64,000 bases of DNA from Candidatus Margulisiibacteriota bacterium (GTDB lineage Bacteria; Margulisbacteria; WOR-1; JAHJIW01), in contig JAHJIW010000009.1 of assembly GCA_018823125.1 (NCBI GenBank), positions 4,170-68,169 of the forward strand. Reading direction: 5' to 3'. A model generated the notes under the pieces. It did not search any database and was not told where the DNA came from. It was given only the letters and a program-made list of their open reading frames with translations. Below, piece after piece: positions 17,907 through 27,588 of the stretch. A program made the position numbers and the translations under genes. Positions within the stretch are counted from its first letter, which is position 1. Each line of letters starts with the position of its first letter.

Positions 17907-18823
17907 AATTTTTCTGCCGCGCGTAACTTCGCGCTCTTAGCTCTGGGATTTAATTTTACCTCTTCGTCAGAGGCCGTGCTGGGTTTTTTGGTTAATATTT
18001 TCAGGCTTTTTTTGTGTTTGCAAAGACAAGCTGGAATTTTTGGATCACAAATACAATCTTTAGCTTCGGTTTTGAAAAATTCTTTTACAATTTTATCTTC
18101 CAGTGAATGATAGGCAATTACTACCAGGCGCCCCTTAGGTTTTAGGGTGCTTAATGCTTTGGGGAGGGCGGCGGCTAAATTATCCAGCTCCATATTGACT
18201 GCAATACGCAGGGCCTGAAAAACCCGGGCTTGAGAGTGGCGTACGTGTGCGGGATTGTTATCAGGAATTGCGGCTTTAACGATGCGGGCCAGATCCTCGG
18301 TAGTGCCGATATAATTTTGTTTGCGGGCGATGATGATTTTTTTGGCAATTTTTGCCGCAAACCGTTCTCCCCCGTAGTTTCTTATAATGTCGCTGAGATC
18401 TTCAAGCGCAATATTGTTGATGATTCCCTTTGCGGTAGCCGAAATGCCTTTATTCATCCGCATGTCTAAGGGACCCGCCTTGGAAAAGCTGAAACCACGC
18501 TCTCCCGTATCAATTTGATGCGAAGAAACGCCCAGATCCAGGAGGATTCCATTAACTTTACCGGCTATGCATTCATCGATCCGGGCAAAATTACCGTGCA
18601 TCAGCTTAAGGTTTTTTCCGTCTAAGGCGGATTTGAATTTTATTTTACAAAATTCAATCGCTTCCGGATCACGGTCTAAGCCAATAACTTTGGCGCCGGC
18701 TTTTAACAGCGCTGCGGTGTGGCCGCCGCCCCCCAGGGTACCATCGATAAAAATTTTTCCTTTTTTGGGCTTAAGGATGGCGAGTGTTTCTTTTAGTAGG
18801 GCAGGGATATGATAAGTAGTCAT
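17903..18823 (-). CDS. rsmH: 16S rRNA m4C1402 methyltransferase
   Basis: DGTLGGGGH, DLGVSS, FQALRIAVN, NPRAKSAKLR. Confidence 0.97.
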   Translation of the reverse strand: MTTYHIPALLKETLAILKPKKGKIFIDGTLGGGGHTAALLKAGAKVIGLDRDPEAIEFCKIKFKSALDGKNLKLMHGNFARIDECIAGKVNGILLDLGVSSHQIDTGERGFSFSKAGPLDMRMNKGISATAKGIINNIALEDLSDIIRNYGGERFAAKIAKKIIIARKQNYIGTTEDLARIVKAAIPDNNPAHVRHSQARVFQALRIAVNMELDNLAAALPKALSTLKPKGRLVVIAYHSLEDKIVKEFFKTEAKDCICDPKIPACLCKHKKSLKILTKKPSTASDEEVKLNPRAKSAKLRAAEKL

Positions 18824-18886
18824 GCCCTTAGATTATACCTTAAATATTTGCTATTTTTCTAGAGTTATCCAAGCTATAATGCCTTT

Positions 18887-19645
18887 ATGATTTTAGATGA
18901 TATCCTTAAGGTAAAAGAACAAGAAGTTAAGAACCTCCCGCTGGCTATGTTGAAAGCGGCGGTAAAAAATGTTTCACCCGCTAACGCTTTTCCCGCCAAA
19001 AAAGATGGCTTCATGATCATTGCCGAAATTAAAAAAGCTTCTCCATCCAAAGGGGTGCTTAAGGAAGATCTTGATCCGGTGGTATTGGCGAAGCAATATC
19101 TGGCGGGCGGAGCCAAAGCGGTTTCCGTTCTGACTGACCGGCAATTTTTTCAGGGGCACCTGGATTATATCCGCCGGATTAAAACCGAAGTTGATATTCC
19201 CATCCTCCGCAAAGATTTTATTATTTCCGAGGCCCAAATCTACGAATCACGCATTGCCGGCGCCGATGCCATTTTGCTGATTGCCAGAATATTAGACGAA
19301 GATCAATTATCTAAATTTGTTGATCTTTCAAAATCTTTGGGAATGAGCTGCGTAGTTGAGGTTCATGACGATGCGGATGTGGTTAAGGCGCTCAAGACTA
19401 ACGCGGATATTATTGGCATCAACAACCGCGACCTCAATAATTTCGAAGTAGATATCCGAACTACGCTGGGCATCTTAAAAAACTTTCCACAACTCAAAGA
19501 AAAAACCCTGATCGCAGAAAGCGGCATCAAAAGCAAACAAGAAATTGACGTTTTAAAAACTAACGGGGTAGCGGGGGCGCTGATCGGGGAATCTTTAATT
19601 AAAGCTGCGGATCCCGCGGCTAAATTGAAAGAGTTTTTAGCATAA
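18887..19645 (+). CDS. trpC: Indole-3-glycerol phosphate synthase
   Basis: IAEIKKASPSKG, LRKDFI, GINNRDL, AESGI. Confidence 0.97.
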   Translation: MILDDILKVKEQEVKNLPLAMLKAAVKNVSPANAFPAKKDGFMIIAEIKKASPSKGVLKEDLDPVVLAKQYLAGGAKAVSVLTDRQFFQGHLDYIRRIKTEVDIPILRKDFIISEAQIYESRIAGADAILLIARILDEDQLSKFVDLSKSLGMSCVVEVHDDADVVKALKTNADIIGINNRDLNNFEVDIRTTLGILKNFPQLKEKTLIAESGIKSKQEIDVLKTNGVAGALIGESLIKAADPAAKLKEFLA

Positions 19646-19646
19646 C

Positions 19647-20258
19647 ATGAAGATTAAAATCTGTGGAATAACTAGCCTGGCGGATGCCAAAGCCGCCGCC
19701 TCACTGCAAGCCGACTTTTTAGGTTTCATTTTTGCCAAAAGCCCGCGTAAGATATCAGTGGCGCGGGCCGAGCGCATCATTTATCGTTTGCCCATCGATG
19801 TAAAAGCAGTCGGGGTGTTTGTGAATGAAGATGCGGATAAAGTAAATCAGGTGGTCTGCCGCCTGGCACTGCCTTACGTGCAGTTGCACGGTGATGAATC
19901 ACCGGAGTATTGTGCAAAAATTAAGACCCGGGTGATCAAAGTTATCCGTCCCCGCTCTCGAAAAGATCTTGAAGAAATAAAAAAGTATAAAGATGTTTTT
20001 GCGGTTTTGCTGGATACCTACTCTAAAACCAAACGCGGCGGTACCGGGAAAACTTTAGACTGGAAATTGGCCAAAGAAGCTAAAAAATATCATCCACACA
20101 TCATGCTTTCGGGTGGTTTGACCCCGGAAAATGTGGCCGAGGCAGTTAAAAAAGTTAAACCTTTTGCGGTCGATGTCTCTTCCGGAGTAGAAAAGAGCCC
20201 CGGCAAAAAAAATATTCAAGGTTTGCGCAAATTTATCCATAATGCTAGAATCGGTTAG
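19647..20258 (+). CDS. trpF: Phosphoribosylanthranilate isomerase
   Basis: KICGIT, QLHGDE, GGTG, DVSSGVE. Confidence 0.96.
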   Translation: MKIKICGITSLADAKAAASLQADFLGFIFAKSPRKISVARAERIIYRLPIDVKAVGVFVNEDADKVNQVVCRLALPYVQLHGDESPEYCAKIKTRVIKVIRPRSRKDLEEIKKYKDVFAVLLDTYSKTKRGGTGKTLDWKLAKEAKKYHPHIMLSGGLTPENVAEAVKKVKPFAVDVSSGVEKSPGKKNIQGLRKFIHNARIG

Positions 20259-20260
20259 TC

Positions 20261-20725
20261 ATGGAAGAAAAAGATAAAAATAAATTACAAATAATCATCA
20301 ACGACGGCATTGTTTATAAGAAGAAAGACATGCTGATCCTTTTGCGCGACCTGGGAAAAGTTTCTTATTATGAAATCACCGGGGATGGAGTAAAAGCTTT
20401 AGGTAAAGGCTACATTATGCGGCTGTGCAGCAATAGTGAAGAACCCTCGCTTTTCTTACACGGTAGAATTTACATTAATGTTTCTGCTTTTGATTTTCTC
20501 AAATTAAAAAGTGATAAAAGCAAAAAAAACACGATCTTCGAATTACATAGTGCTAGCCGCATCATGCGCTTAGTTCCCGAAGAAATCCTCAAACCTTTTC
20601 CTTCACTCGAAAAAGATTTCTTTGGCGAAAAAACTGTCGGTGGTTTTGTCGACGATCTTTTCCCCCCGGATGACTTAAGCGGCCCCCCTGATTTTATGGG
20701 CGGCGGCGGTTTTATCGGCAACTAA
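20261..20725 (+). CDS. Conserved hypothetical protein (resembles a cyanobacterial family, from recollection)
   Basis: 154-aa ORF; LLRDLGKV..YINVSAFDFL..RLVP pattern. Confidence 0.7.
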   Translation: MEEKDKNKLQIIINDGIVYKKKDMLILLRDLGKVSYYEITGDGVKALGKGYIMRLCSNSEEPSLFLHGRIYINVSAFDFLKLKSDKSKKNTIFELHSASRIMRLVPEEILKPFPSLEKDFFGEKTVGGFVDDLFPPDDLSGPPDFMGGGGFIGN

Positions 20726-20746
20726 CGAAATATTTTCCCCAAAAAG

Positions 20747-20776
20747 TGAAATTTTCATAACGACATCGCGATAAAT
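20747..20776 (+). promoter_or_regulatory. sigma28-like promoter
   Basis: TGAAATTT-N14-CGATAAAT. Confidence 0.7.
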
Positions 20777-20805
20777 AATTAACATTCATATTAAAGGAGT
20801 TAATT

Positions 20806-21591
20806 ATGCCATCCAGAAAAGTAGTTGTTCACGATAGAAGTGCCTCCATGCAAAAGTGGGGAAATTGGTTTCAACAGATGGATCAGGTTAAAAGACACAC
20901 GATACCGCAAGAAAGAGCTCGTGGTAAAGGTGCTATTGGTGATATGTTGGCCTGCCAGGCGGACGGCCAAGTAGTTTTTGGGGCTGCAGCTTACGGCGAG
21001 AATGAATTAAGCGGAGGGCCTAAGCTTAGCGCTCGCGGGCTTTCTATTAAGGATGCCAGAAAACAAAGAGCAGAATTTGAAACGGCTTTTGACGCATTGG
21101 CCGGATATATTGAATTAGAAGATCGAAGAGGAGGAAGGGAAGCCGTTGATTACTTTGGCGTTAGGAAAAGTGGGGATCTTCTCGAAGTGTGGAGGGGAAG
21201 ACAAAATGGCGGTGGTACCGTACCTACCTTTACCTTTACTGCATATGGCGAAAATCAGTTTAATGTTTGGATGCGTAATTTTGTCGGCGAGTTACCTGAA
21301 GATGTATTACATACTAACTTAGAATGGGTTACTCAAGGCCGTGTTATGTGCCGGATGTTAGGGGCTTTGCCTTGTGCGATTATTAGAGATGGAACAGAGA
21401 CGACCGACAGGAGAAACACAACTGTATTTTGGAGTACTATGCATACCAGGGCGGGCGAGCTTAGCTCATTTCTACAAACCTGGGAGCCGCGAAAAGGCTT
21501 TGGCGCCGCAGCTTCATTTTGGTCTAGAGTTGGTGATTATTTTGATCACTGGGGATCCAAACCGATTGAAATATTTACCTTTAATGAATAA
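20806..21591 (+). CDS. Orphan hypothetical protein
   Basis: 261-aa ORF with AAGGAG RBS. Confidence 0.75.
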   Translation: MPSRKVVVHDRSASMQKWGNWFQQMDQVKRHTIPQERARGKGAIGDMLACQADGQVVFGAAAYGENELSGGPKLSARGLSIKDARKQRAEFETAFDALAGYIELEDRRGGREAVDYFGVRKSGDLLEVWRGRQNGGGTVPTFTFTAYGENQFNVWMRNFVGELPEDVLHTNLEWVTQGRVMCRMLGALPCAIIRDGTETTDRRNTTVFWSTMHTRAGELSSFLQTWEPRKGFGAAASFWSRVGDYFDHWGSKPIEIFTFNE

Positions 21592-21609
21592 AAATTACTA
21601 GCTATAATC

Positions 21610-21639
21610 TGAAATTTCCCTCCATTTTTGACGATATAT
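21610..21639 (+). promoter_or_regulatory. sigma28-like promoter
   Basis: TGAAATTT-N14-CGATATAT. Confidence 0.7.
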
Positions 21640-21676
21640 ATACAGAGAGAGTTGAGCTTAAAAATTCCTAAGAGGA

Positions 21677-21973
21677 GTGAGAGCCATGGAAACTATAAAT
21701 ATACAATTAGACCGAGAGTTTTTCAAACAAGCCATTGATCAGTTAACCCATCAGAACAAAGCCGAAAACTTTTTTGATTTTGAAGACCGCTTAATTAACG
21801 AAATTGTAGAAATCTGCAAAAAGTATCCTGCACACGTTGCCCGCAAGTTTGTAATTAAAATCCGCGATGTTGTTAACGAAGAAATTGAAGCGGCCATCCA
21901 TGTTGAACCTTATCTGAAAAGTTTGAGGAACAGCATCAACGGAGCGGTTTCTTCAGTTTTGAGATTTATCTAA
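21677..21973 (+). CDS. Small helical hypothetical protein
   Basis: GAGGAG RBS; likely start ATG 21686. Confidence 0.7.
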   Translation: MRAMETINIQLDREFFKQAIDQLTHQNKAENFFDFEDRLINEIVEICKKYPAHVARKFVIKIRDVVNEEIEAAIHVEPYLKSLRNSINGAVSSVLRFI

Positions 21974-22468
21974 AGCTTCCTTAACCCCGTCACAAACCGC
22001 TTGAGTGGTAATCGTTGCCCCGGTTAATGCATCGATATCTTCTTTAGCCTGTAGTTTGTCTTCTTTTATTTTTCCGATGAATTGTTTTAAAAAGGTGGGA
22101 TTAGTGGCGCTTAACCCTAAGCCGGGGGTTTCAGTTAATGCAATTATTTTCACTCCGGTTACCACTAATTGTTTACTGACGCCAACTAATATACTAATCG
22201 GTCCACTGTAACCTACTGGTGCTACCATGTAAACTTTACCAACCAACTCTTTCCCTTTTTCGCCCAGGTAAAGTTCGTCGGTTATCTTTACAAAATGAGT
22301 AGCTTTGGGTAAAACTTGTTCTAATGCCTGGGTTATTTCCAGTTGCTTTTGCGCTTCAATGCGCGGTTTGGTAAAAACATAAATGGAAGCCAGGGCGGCA
22401 GCCGCAATCGCGGCTACCAGCATTAAAAATATTCCTAATTTAATGAATTCTTGCGTTTTCTTTATCAT
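21953..22468 (-). CDS. rnfG: Rnf complex subunit G
   Basis: GYSGPI, ETPGLG, DALTGATIT FMN-attachment motif. Confidence 0.93.
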   Translation of the reverse strand: MIKKTQEFIKLGIFLMLVAAIAAAALASIYVFTKPRIEAQKQLEITQALEQVLPKATHFVKITDELYLGEKGKELVGKVYMVAPVGYSGPISILVGVSKQLVVTGVKIIALTETPGLGLSATNPTFLKQFIGKIKEDKLQAKEDIDALTGATITTQAVCDGVKEALDKSQN

Positions 22469-23370
22469 TTGTAACCAAAAATCCTTCCGCGAGCGTAACG
22501 ATCAAGCAATGGAGTAGTGGCATTCATTAAAAGTATTGAGTAACAAACTCCTTCCGGATAGCCGGCGCCCATTCTTAATACCATAGTTATGATACCGCAC
22601 CCGATTCCAAATATGAGACGGCCCGGTTTAGTAACCGGAGTGGTAACCGGATCGGTAGCCATAAAGAAGGCGCCGATCATTAATCCGCCGGATAATAATT
22701 GAAAAACCGGGTCTACGCGAAAAATTAAGGAAATTACTACCACGGTTCCCAGGTAAGCGAAAGGAAGTCTCCATTCGATTGCCTGGCGATAAAACAGATA
22801 AGCGGCGCCGATGAGTAATGCCAGGGCTGATGTTTCTCCCATGGATCCGCCTACATTTCCTAAAAAGAGCTGCAGATAAGTGGCCGGAGCCGGGTTTACA
22901 GTTGCCAGCGGGGTAGCGGTGGCTATGGCATCAAAAGGTTTAAGCCAGGCAGTCATAAGTATTGGCCAGGAAGCAACCATAAAAGCTCTGCCGATCAGGG
23001 CCGGATTAAAGATGTTGTGTCCTAAACCGCCAAAAGCATGTTTAGCGATAAAAATGGCAATGAAAGTTCCTACCACGACCATCCACCATGGAACCGAAGG
23101 TGCAATAATCAGGGCCAGTAATAATCCGGTGATAGAAGCGCTGCGCAGGTCTGCCCTGGTAACCGGAGCTTTTTTGAGTTTTAGTGCAATTAATTCAAAA
23201 ATCCAGGCAGAAATCAATCCGGTCAAAATAATGATCACGGCATTGAAACCAAAAAAGAATAAGGCAGCTACGGTGGCCGGAAGCAAGGCAATCAAAACAT
23301 CCAGCATGACACGTGCGTTAGTATCTTTGCTTTTCATGTGCGGTGCCGGGGTTACTAATAATGGTTTCAT
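22465..23370 (-). CDS. rnfD: Rnf complex subunit D
   Basis: FGGLGHNIFNPAL, ATATPL, FMATDPVT. Confidence 0.95.
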   Translation of the reverse strand: MKPLLVTPAPHMKSKDTNARVMLDVLIALLPATVAALFFFGFNAVIIILTGLISAWIFELIALKLKKAPVTRADLRSASITGLLLALIIAPSVPWWMVVVGTFIAIFIAKHAFGGLGHNIFNPALIGRAFMVASWPILMTAWLKPFDAIATATPLATVNPAPATYLQLFLGNVGGSMGETSALALLIGAAYLFYRQAIEWRLPFAYLGTVVVISLIFRVDPVFQLLSGGLMIGAFFMATDPVTTPVTKPGRLIFGIGCGIITMVLRMGAGYPEGVCYSILLMNATTPLLDRYARGRIFGYK

Positions 23371-24686
23371 TTTTTCCTCAATAATTCATTTTTCGATAAC
23401 TTAATTAATTGTACTAGGTTTCGTTTAGCCGGACAAACGTAGGAGCAGACTCCGCATTCGATGCAGTCCAGCGCACCGTAAGATTTTGAAAGATCAAAGC
23501 GATCATTTTCTGAAGCATCGCCCAAAAGATTAGGTAAAAGATATTGCGGGCAAGAGTCTACGCATTTAGCACAACGGATACAGGGTTCGGGCTCAAGATC
23601 ATCTAATTCTTTTTTCGAAGGAACTAAAATTCCACTGGTGGCTTTGATTACCGGGACATCGATTGAAGGAACGGAGATCCCCATCAAAGGTCCGCCCATA
23701 ATAATTTTGGTGGGCTCCTCTAAGAACCCACCACACTGTTCAACTAATTCACTAAAAGGAGTTCCGATGCGTACTAAAAGATTGGAAGGTTCACTGATGC
23801 TACCGCCGGTAACGGTTACTATTCTTTCGATCAGCGGCATGCCGGTGGTTAGTGCCTTAGCGATTGCGACTGCAGTTCCCACGTTATTTACTATACAGTG
23901 TACGTCGGCAGGTAATCCCCCCGACGGCACTTCTCTTTTAGTGATGGCCTTAATCAATTGTTTTTCGGCGCCTTGCGGATACTTGGTTTTTAATACTGCT
24001 ACTCTAAGATTATGGTGGCTAACTTCTTCGTCGATTGCCTTTTGAATGGCGGTTATTGCCTCTGGTTTGTTATCTTCAATGGCAATAATTCCTTCTAAGG
24101 CATCGGTAGGTTTCATAATTGCTTTCAGTCCAAGAATTACTTTTTTAGGCTGTTCTATTAGAAGTCGGTAATCACAGGTAAGATAAGGCTCGCATTCGGC
24201 GCCGTTAATGATAATGGTTTTGATGACTTTATCGGGTGGGGGCTGTAGTTTTACCCGGGTAGGAAAAGCGGCGCCGCCTAAGCCTACAATTCCGGCCCCG
24301 CGAATTATTTTTCGGATATCGGTTTTAGATAAGTCTTTAAAATTTGGATAGGGACGAACGGAAGGATGTACATCTTGATCGCCGTTATTTTCGATTACCA
24401 CGGATAAAACCTTGGCTCCAAAGGGAGTCAAGCGGGGTTCAATCGCGATTATTTTGCCGCCGATAGATGCATGGACGGCAGCAGAAACGTATCTTTCGCT
24501 GTCTCCCAGGGGTTGTCCGATTTTTACGATGTCTCCAACGTTAACTAAAGGCTCGGCCGGAGTGCCGATGTGCTGACAGAGAGGGATAACTGCAATTTTA
24601 GGGTCAGCGGCTTTTCTGATTTGCTCTTTTTTGCTGCGTTTTTTGTGTTCGCTTGGATGAATTCCACCAGGGAAAGTCTTTGACAT
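23367..24686 (-). CDS. rnfC: Rnf complex subunit C
   Basis: GLGGAAFPT, NGAECEPYLT, two 4Fe-4S motifs; start moved to MSKTFPGG. Confidence 0.95.
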   Translation of the reverse strand: MSKTFPGGIHPSEHKKRSKKEQIRKAADPKIAVIPLCQHIGTPAEPLVNVGDIVKIGQPLGDSERYVSAAVHASIGGKIIAIEPRLTPFGAKVLSVVIENNGDQDVHPSVRPYPNFKDLSKTDIRKIIRGAGIVGLGGAAFPTRVKLQPPPDKVIKTIIINGAECEPYLTCDYRLLIEQPKKVILGLKAIMKPTDALEGIIAIEDNKPEAITAIQKAIDEEVSHHNLRVAVLKTKYPQGAEKQLIKAITKREVPSGGLPADVHCIVNNVGTAVAIAKALTTGMPLIERIVTVTGGSISEPSNLLVRIGTPFSELVEQCGGFLEEPTKIIMGGPLMGISVPSIDVPVIKATSGILVPSKKELDDLEPEPCIRCAKCVDSCPQYLLPNLLGDASENDRFDLSKSYGALDCIECGVCSYVCPAKRNLVQLIKLSKNELLRKK

Positions 24687-24742
24687 AACGCGGGAAAGTA
24701 TAACATTTTGGGGTAGTGAGTTCAATGAGGTATAATACCCCT

Positions 24743-25216
24743 ATGATCATCTTGGGAATCGACCCCGGAACCGCCACCACCGGCTTTGGGGTAATCAGAA
24801 AACTGAAGAATTCTATCGAATATATCGCATGCGGATGTATTCGTACTTCATCTAAACTTTCTGACGAAAAACGCCTCAGTATTATTAATCAAGAATTCAG
24901 AAAGCTGATTAAACAGTACAAACCTAATCAAGTAGCGGTTGAGAAGTTGTTTTTTGGCGATAATGCCAAAACTGCGATGGTGGTGGGGCAGGCGCGGGGT
25001 GTAATTTTATTGGGTGCGGCGGATTCAAATCTTCCGTTAGCCGAATACACTCCACTGCAGGTAAAAATTGCCATTACTGGCTACGGACGTGCAGTAAAAA
25101 GCCAAATCCAGCAAATGGTAAAGGTTTTACTAAAACTGGATAAAATTCCCAAGCCCGATGATGCGGCGGATGCCCTGGCAATTGCAATTTGTCATGCGCA
25201 TACCCTGCGAGTATAA
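24743..25216 (+). CDS. ruvC: Holliday junction resolvase RuvC
   Basis: ILGIDPG, DDAADALAIAICH. Confidence 0.97.
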   Translation: MIILGIDPGTATTGFGVIRKLKNSIEYIACGCIRTSSKLSDEKRLSIINQEFRKLIKQYKPNQVAVEKLFFGDNAKTAMVVGQARGVILLGAADSNLPLAEYTPLQVKIAITGYGRAVKSQIQQMVKVLLKLDKIPKPDDAADALAIAICHAHTLRV

Positions 25217-25224
25217 TAATCAGT

Positions 25225-25833
25225 ATGATATCTCACCTTAGCGGAAAACTTGAACATAAAGAAGCCGATCACGTCGTAGTTGACGTTGGCAATATTGGTT
25301 ATCACGTCACGGTTCCGGCCTCCACCATTCCACGCCTGCCCGAAATTGATCAGGAAATAAAACTTTTTACCCTGCAGATAGTACGCGAAGATGATATTTC
25401 GCTGTATGGGTTTTTAACCAAAGAAGAAAGAAACTTATTCAAAATTTTATTGAAAGTTAACGGAGTAGGACCCAAAGCCGCCACTGCGATTATTGGTGCC
25501 TTTAATTTAGATAAGCTGGTTACGGCCATCACCAAAGGAAATGTTGATTTAATTACCTCTGTCCCGGGGATTGGCAAGAAAACTGCCCAAAAGATTGTCA
25601 TTGAGTTAAAAGAAAAGGTTAGCAAGGCCTTTGGTGGAATGGAAGCTTCGGGTGGAGGCAGCGTTGATCTATTTAAAGGTGAAAGCCAGGAGGTTTTGGA
25701 TGCCGTTTCAGCCCTGGTGGCGCTGGGTTATTCTGCTAAAGAAGCCAAAGAGATGATTTTAAAGCTGGAGCCAAAAGTTTTGGGAGCCGGCACCGAAATT
25801 ATCATCAAGAACGCACTGCAAAAGGTTAGTTAA
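25225..25833 (+). CDS. ruvA: Holliday junction branch migration protein RuvA
   Basis: MISHLSG, LYGF, GVGPK, PGIGKKTAQKIVIELK. Confidence 0.96.
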   Translation: MISHLSGKLEHKEADHVVVDVGNIGYHVTVPASTIPRLPEIDQEIKLFTLQIVREDDISLYGFLTKEERNLFKILLKVNGVGPKAATAIIGAFNLDKLVTAITKGNVDLITSVPGIGKKTAQKIVIELKEKVSKAFGGMEASGGGSVDLFKGESQEVLDAVSALVALGYSAKEAKEMILKLEPKVLGAGTEIIIKNALQKVS

Positions 25834-25835
25834 GC

Positions 25836-26384
25836 TTACTTCAGGTTCAGGAAAAACTTTTCCGCTCTCCGCATAATTTGTCTTAGCAGATTCGTTTCTC
25901 CCGTGATCGGCATAACCATAATGGTATGAATCCCAAAGAGATTCCCGCCCAAAATGTCGGTAAAAAGCTGATCGCCGATGATGGCGGTTTCTTTCTTTTT
26001 AGATCCTAAAAGTTCCAGGGCTTTTTTAAAGGGCTGGGGGAGGGGTTTAAAAGCCAAAGACATGTAGGGTAGTTCTAATTCCCGGGAGATAAACGCTACG
26101 CGTTTGGGAAAGCGGTTATTGGAAGAAATGCAGACTTTAAATCCGGCCATTTTTAAGCCTTCAATAAATTCAAAAAGCTTGGGAGTAATATCCGAGGAAG
26201 TTTTTGGAAGCAGGGTATCATCGAGGTCCAGAATTAATGCTTTGATTCCTTTGTCCTTTAATTGGATTAAATTTATATTATAAATGGTCTTTTCTCTTTG
26301 CTTAGGCTGCACGGAAACTTTAATCTTTTCCTTAAGATTAGTTAAAAATTTATTGGATTCTTGTTTTACTTCACTAAAGTCCAT
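25836..26384 (-). CDS. YqeG-family HAD IIIA phosphatase
   Basis: DLDDTL, KP, IGDQLFTDILGGN. Confidence 0.9.
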   Translation of the reverse strand: MDFSEVKQESNKFLTNLKEKIKVSVQPKQREKTIYNINLIQLKDKGIKALILDLDDTLLPKTSSDITPKLFEFIEGLKMAGFKVCISSNNRFPKRVAFISRELELPYMSLAFKPLPQPFKKALELLGSKKKETAIIGDQLFTDILGGNLFGIHTIMVMPITGETNLLRQIMRRAEKFFLNLK

Positions 26385-26590
26385 GGTGATCGCGCCTGGA
26401 GCCTTTCCATTAAATATTCAAACTCTTTTCGGTAATCTTCGGAAACCATGATCTGTAAATTGGCAAATTCCCCGGGTTCCGGAGACGGGGTGCGGATCGC
26501 CGCCATTCCTTCGAAGTATTCGAAAAAGGTGCAAATATCCCGCACGTGTTCTTTTTTAATTCGAATCAGTAAATCAAATGTTTTGTTCAT
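26366..26590 (-). CDS. Small hypothetical protein (DUF4911-like)
   Basis: FEYFEGMAAIRT pattern; coupled to neighbouring genes. Confidence 0.6.
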   Translation of the reverse strand: MNKTFDLLIRIKKEHVRDICTFFEYFEGMAAIRTPSPEPGEFANLQIMVSEDYRKEFEYLMERLQARSPWTLVK

Positions 26591-27588
26591 AATTTAGTGA
26601 TATAAAAAAGCGGAATTGACGGCAACTCTTTGCAGAGAAGGGTATTAATTTCTTTAAATTTTTCTCCGCGTTCATGTACCAGTGAAGTATCCATAATCGA
26701 AATCTGGTCTAAAAGATTATCGACGCGGATGTTTCTGAAAAAAGTAAAATTTGCGGATCCTCCGGTATGGAAGAGCGGCTCAACCAACTCATAGGTATTG
26801 GTGGGTGGTTCAGGCTGCGGATTGCATTTTTTGCAGGGAGCAAATCCTTGCTTGATCGCTTCTTCATAACTAGAGAGAAACACCTGGTTTTTGGGGTCCG
26901 GCATATCTTCGCAGTCTACCTTATGGAAAAGTTTGGTTTTTTTGTCGCCGATAAAAAGGGTGCCAAAGTCAGCTGCTTTGTAGCCCATCAAAAACATGTG
27001 GAATTTTCCGCTTTCCAGCGCTTCCTGCCACTTACCTTCTTCCCTAAAACTTACTTGGACCAGGTCCACTTTGACGCCGATCGCGGATAGATTTTGTTTG
27101 ATCAGTTTGGCAATTTTGATGGTTTTATCGCCGTCAGTATGCAAAAGTGCTAAACCTTTTATACGTTGGTCATTCATCGGGAAGCCGGCTTCTATCATTA
27201 AGGCTTTAGCTTGTTTAGCATCATAGGGTAAATCCAAAGAATCAGCCTGATAACCATTCATGGTTTTAGGGATCACACTATCCGGAACCATAGTTCCGCC
27301 GATAATTTTGTTAGCAATTTCATCGCGATTGATGGACAGCCCAATTGCTTTTTTTACTTTTAATCCGTTTTCGCCGTCAAAAATATCTTTGTGAAGATTG
27401 AAGCCTAAAAACCAGAGACCGTCGTACAGTCTTTCGGTTTCTGTGGTTTCCTCAATGATGGTGACTTCTTCAACCGCGACCTTGGCTTCTTCAGTGGTAG
27501 GTTGACTCTGTCCCATGGCTGCCGCCACACTTAAACTGGCAAAAAGAATTACAAAGACTACTGCAAGAACGGATATAGTTTTTTTCAT
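26587..27588 (-). CDS. Truncated family-5 solute-binding-like protein with inserted Ada-type Zn-binding domain
   Basis: Signal peptide; KKAIGLSINRDEI..YDAKQAKALM SBP5 segment; FHKVDC..GFAPCKKCNP. Confidence 0.75.
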   Translation of the reverse strand: MKKTISVLAVVFVILFASLSVAAAMGQSQPTTEEAKVAVEEVTIIEETTETERLYDGLWFLGFNLHKDIFDGENGLKVKKAIGLSINRDEIANKIIGGTMVPDSVIPKTMNGYQADSLDLPYDAKQAKALMIEAGFPMNDQRIKGLALLHTDGDKTIKIAKLIKQNLSAIGVKVDLVQVSFREEGKWQEALESGKFHMFLMGYKAADFGTLFIGDKKTKLFHKVDCEDMPDPKNQVFLSSYEEAIKQGFAPCKKCNPQPEPPTNTYELVEPLFHTGGSANFTFFRNIRVDNLLDQISIMDTSLVHERGEKFKEINTLLCKELPSIPLFYITKL

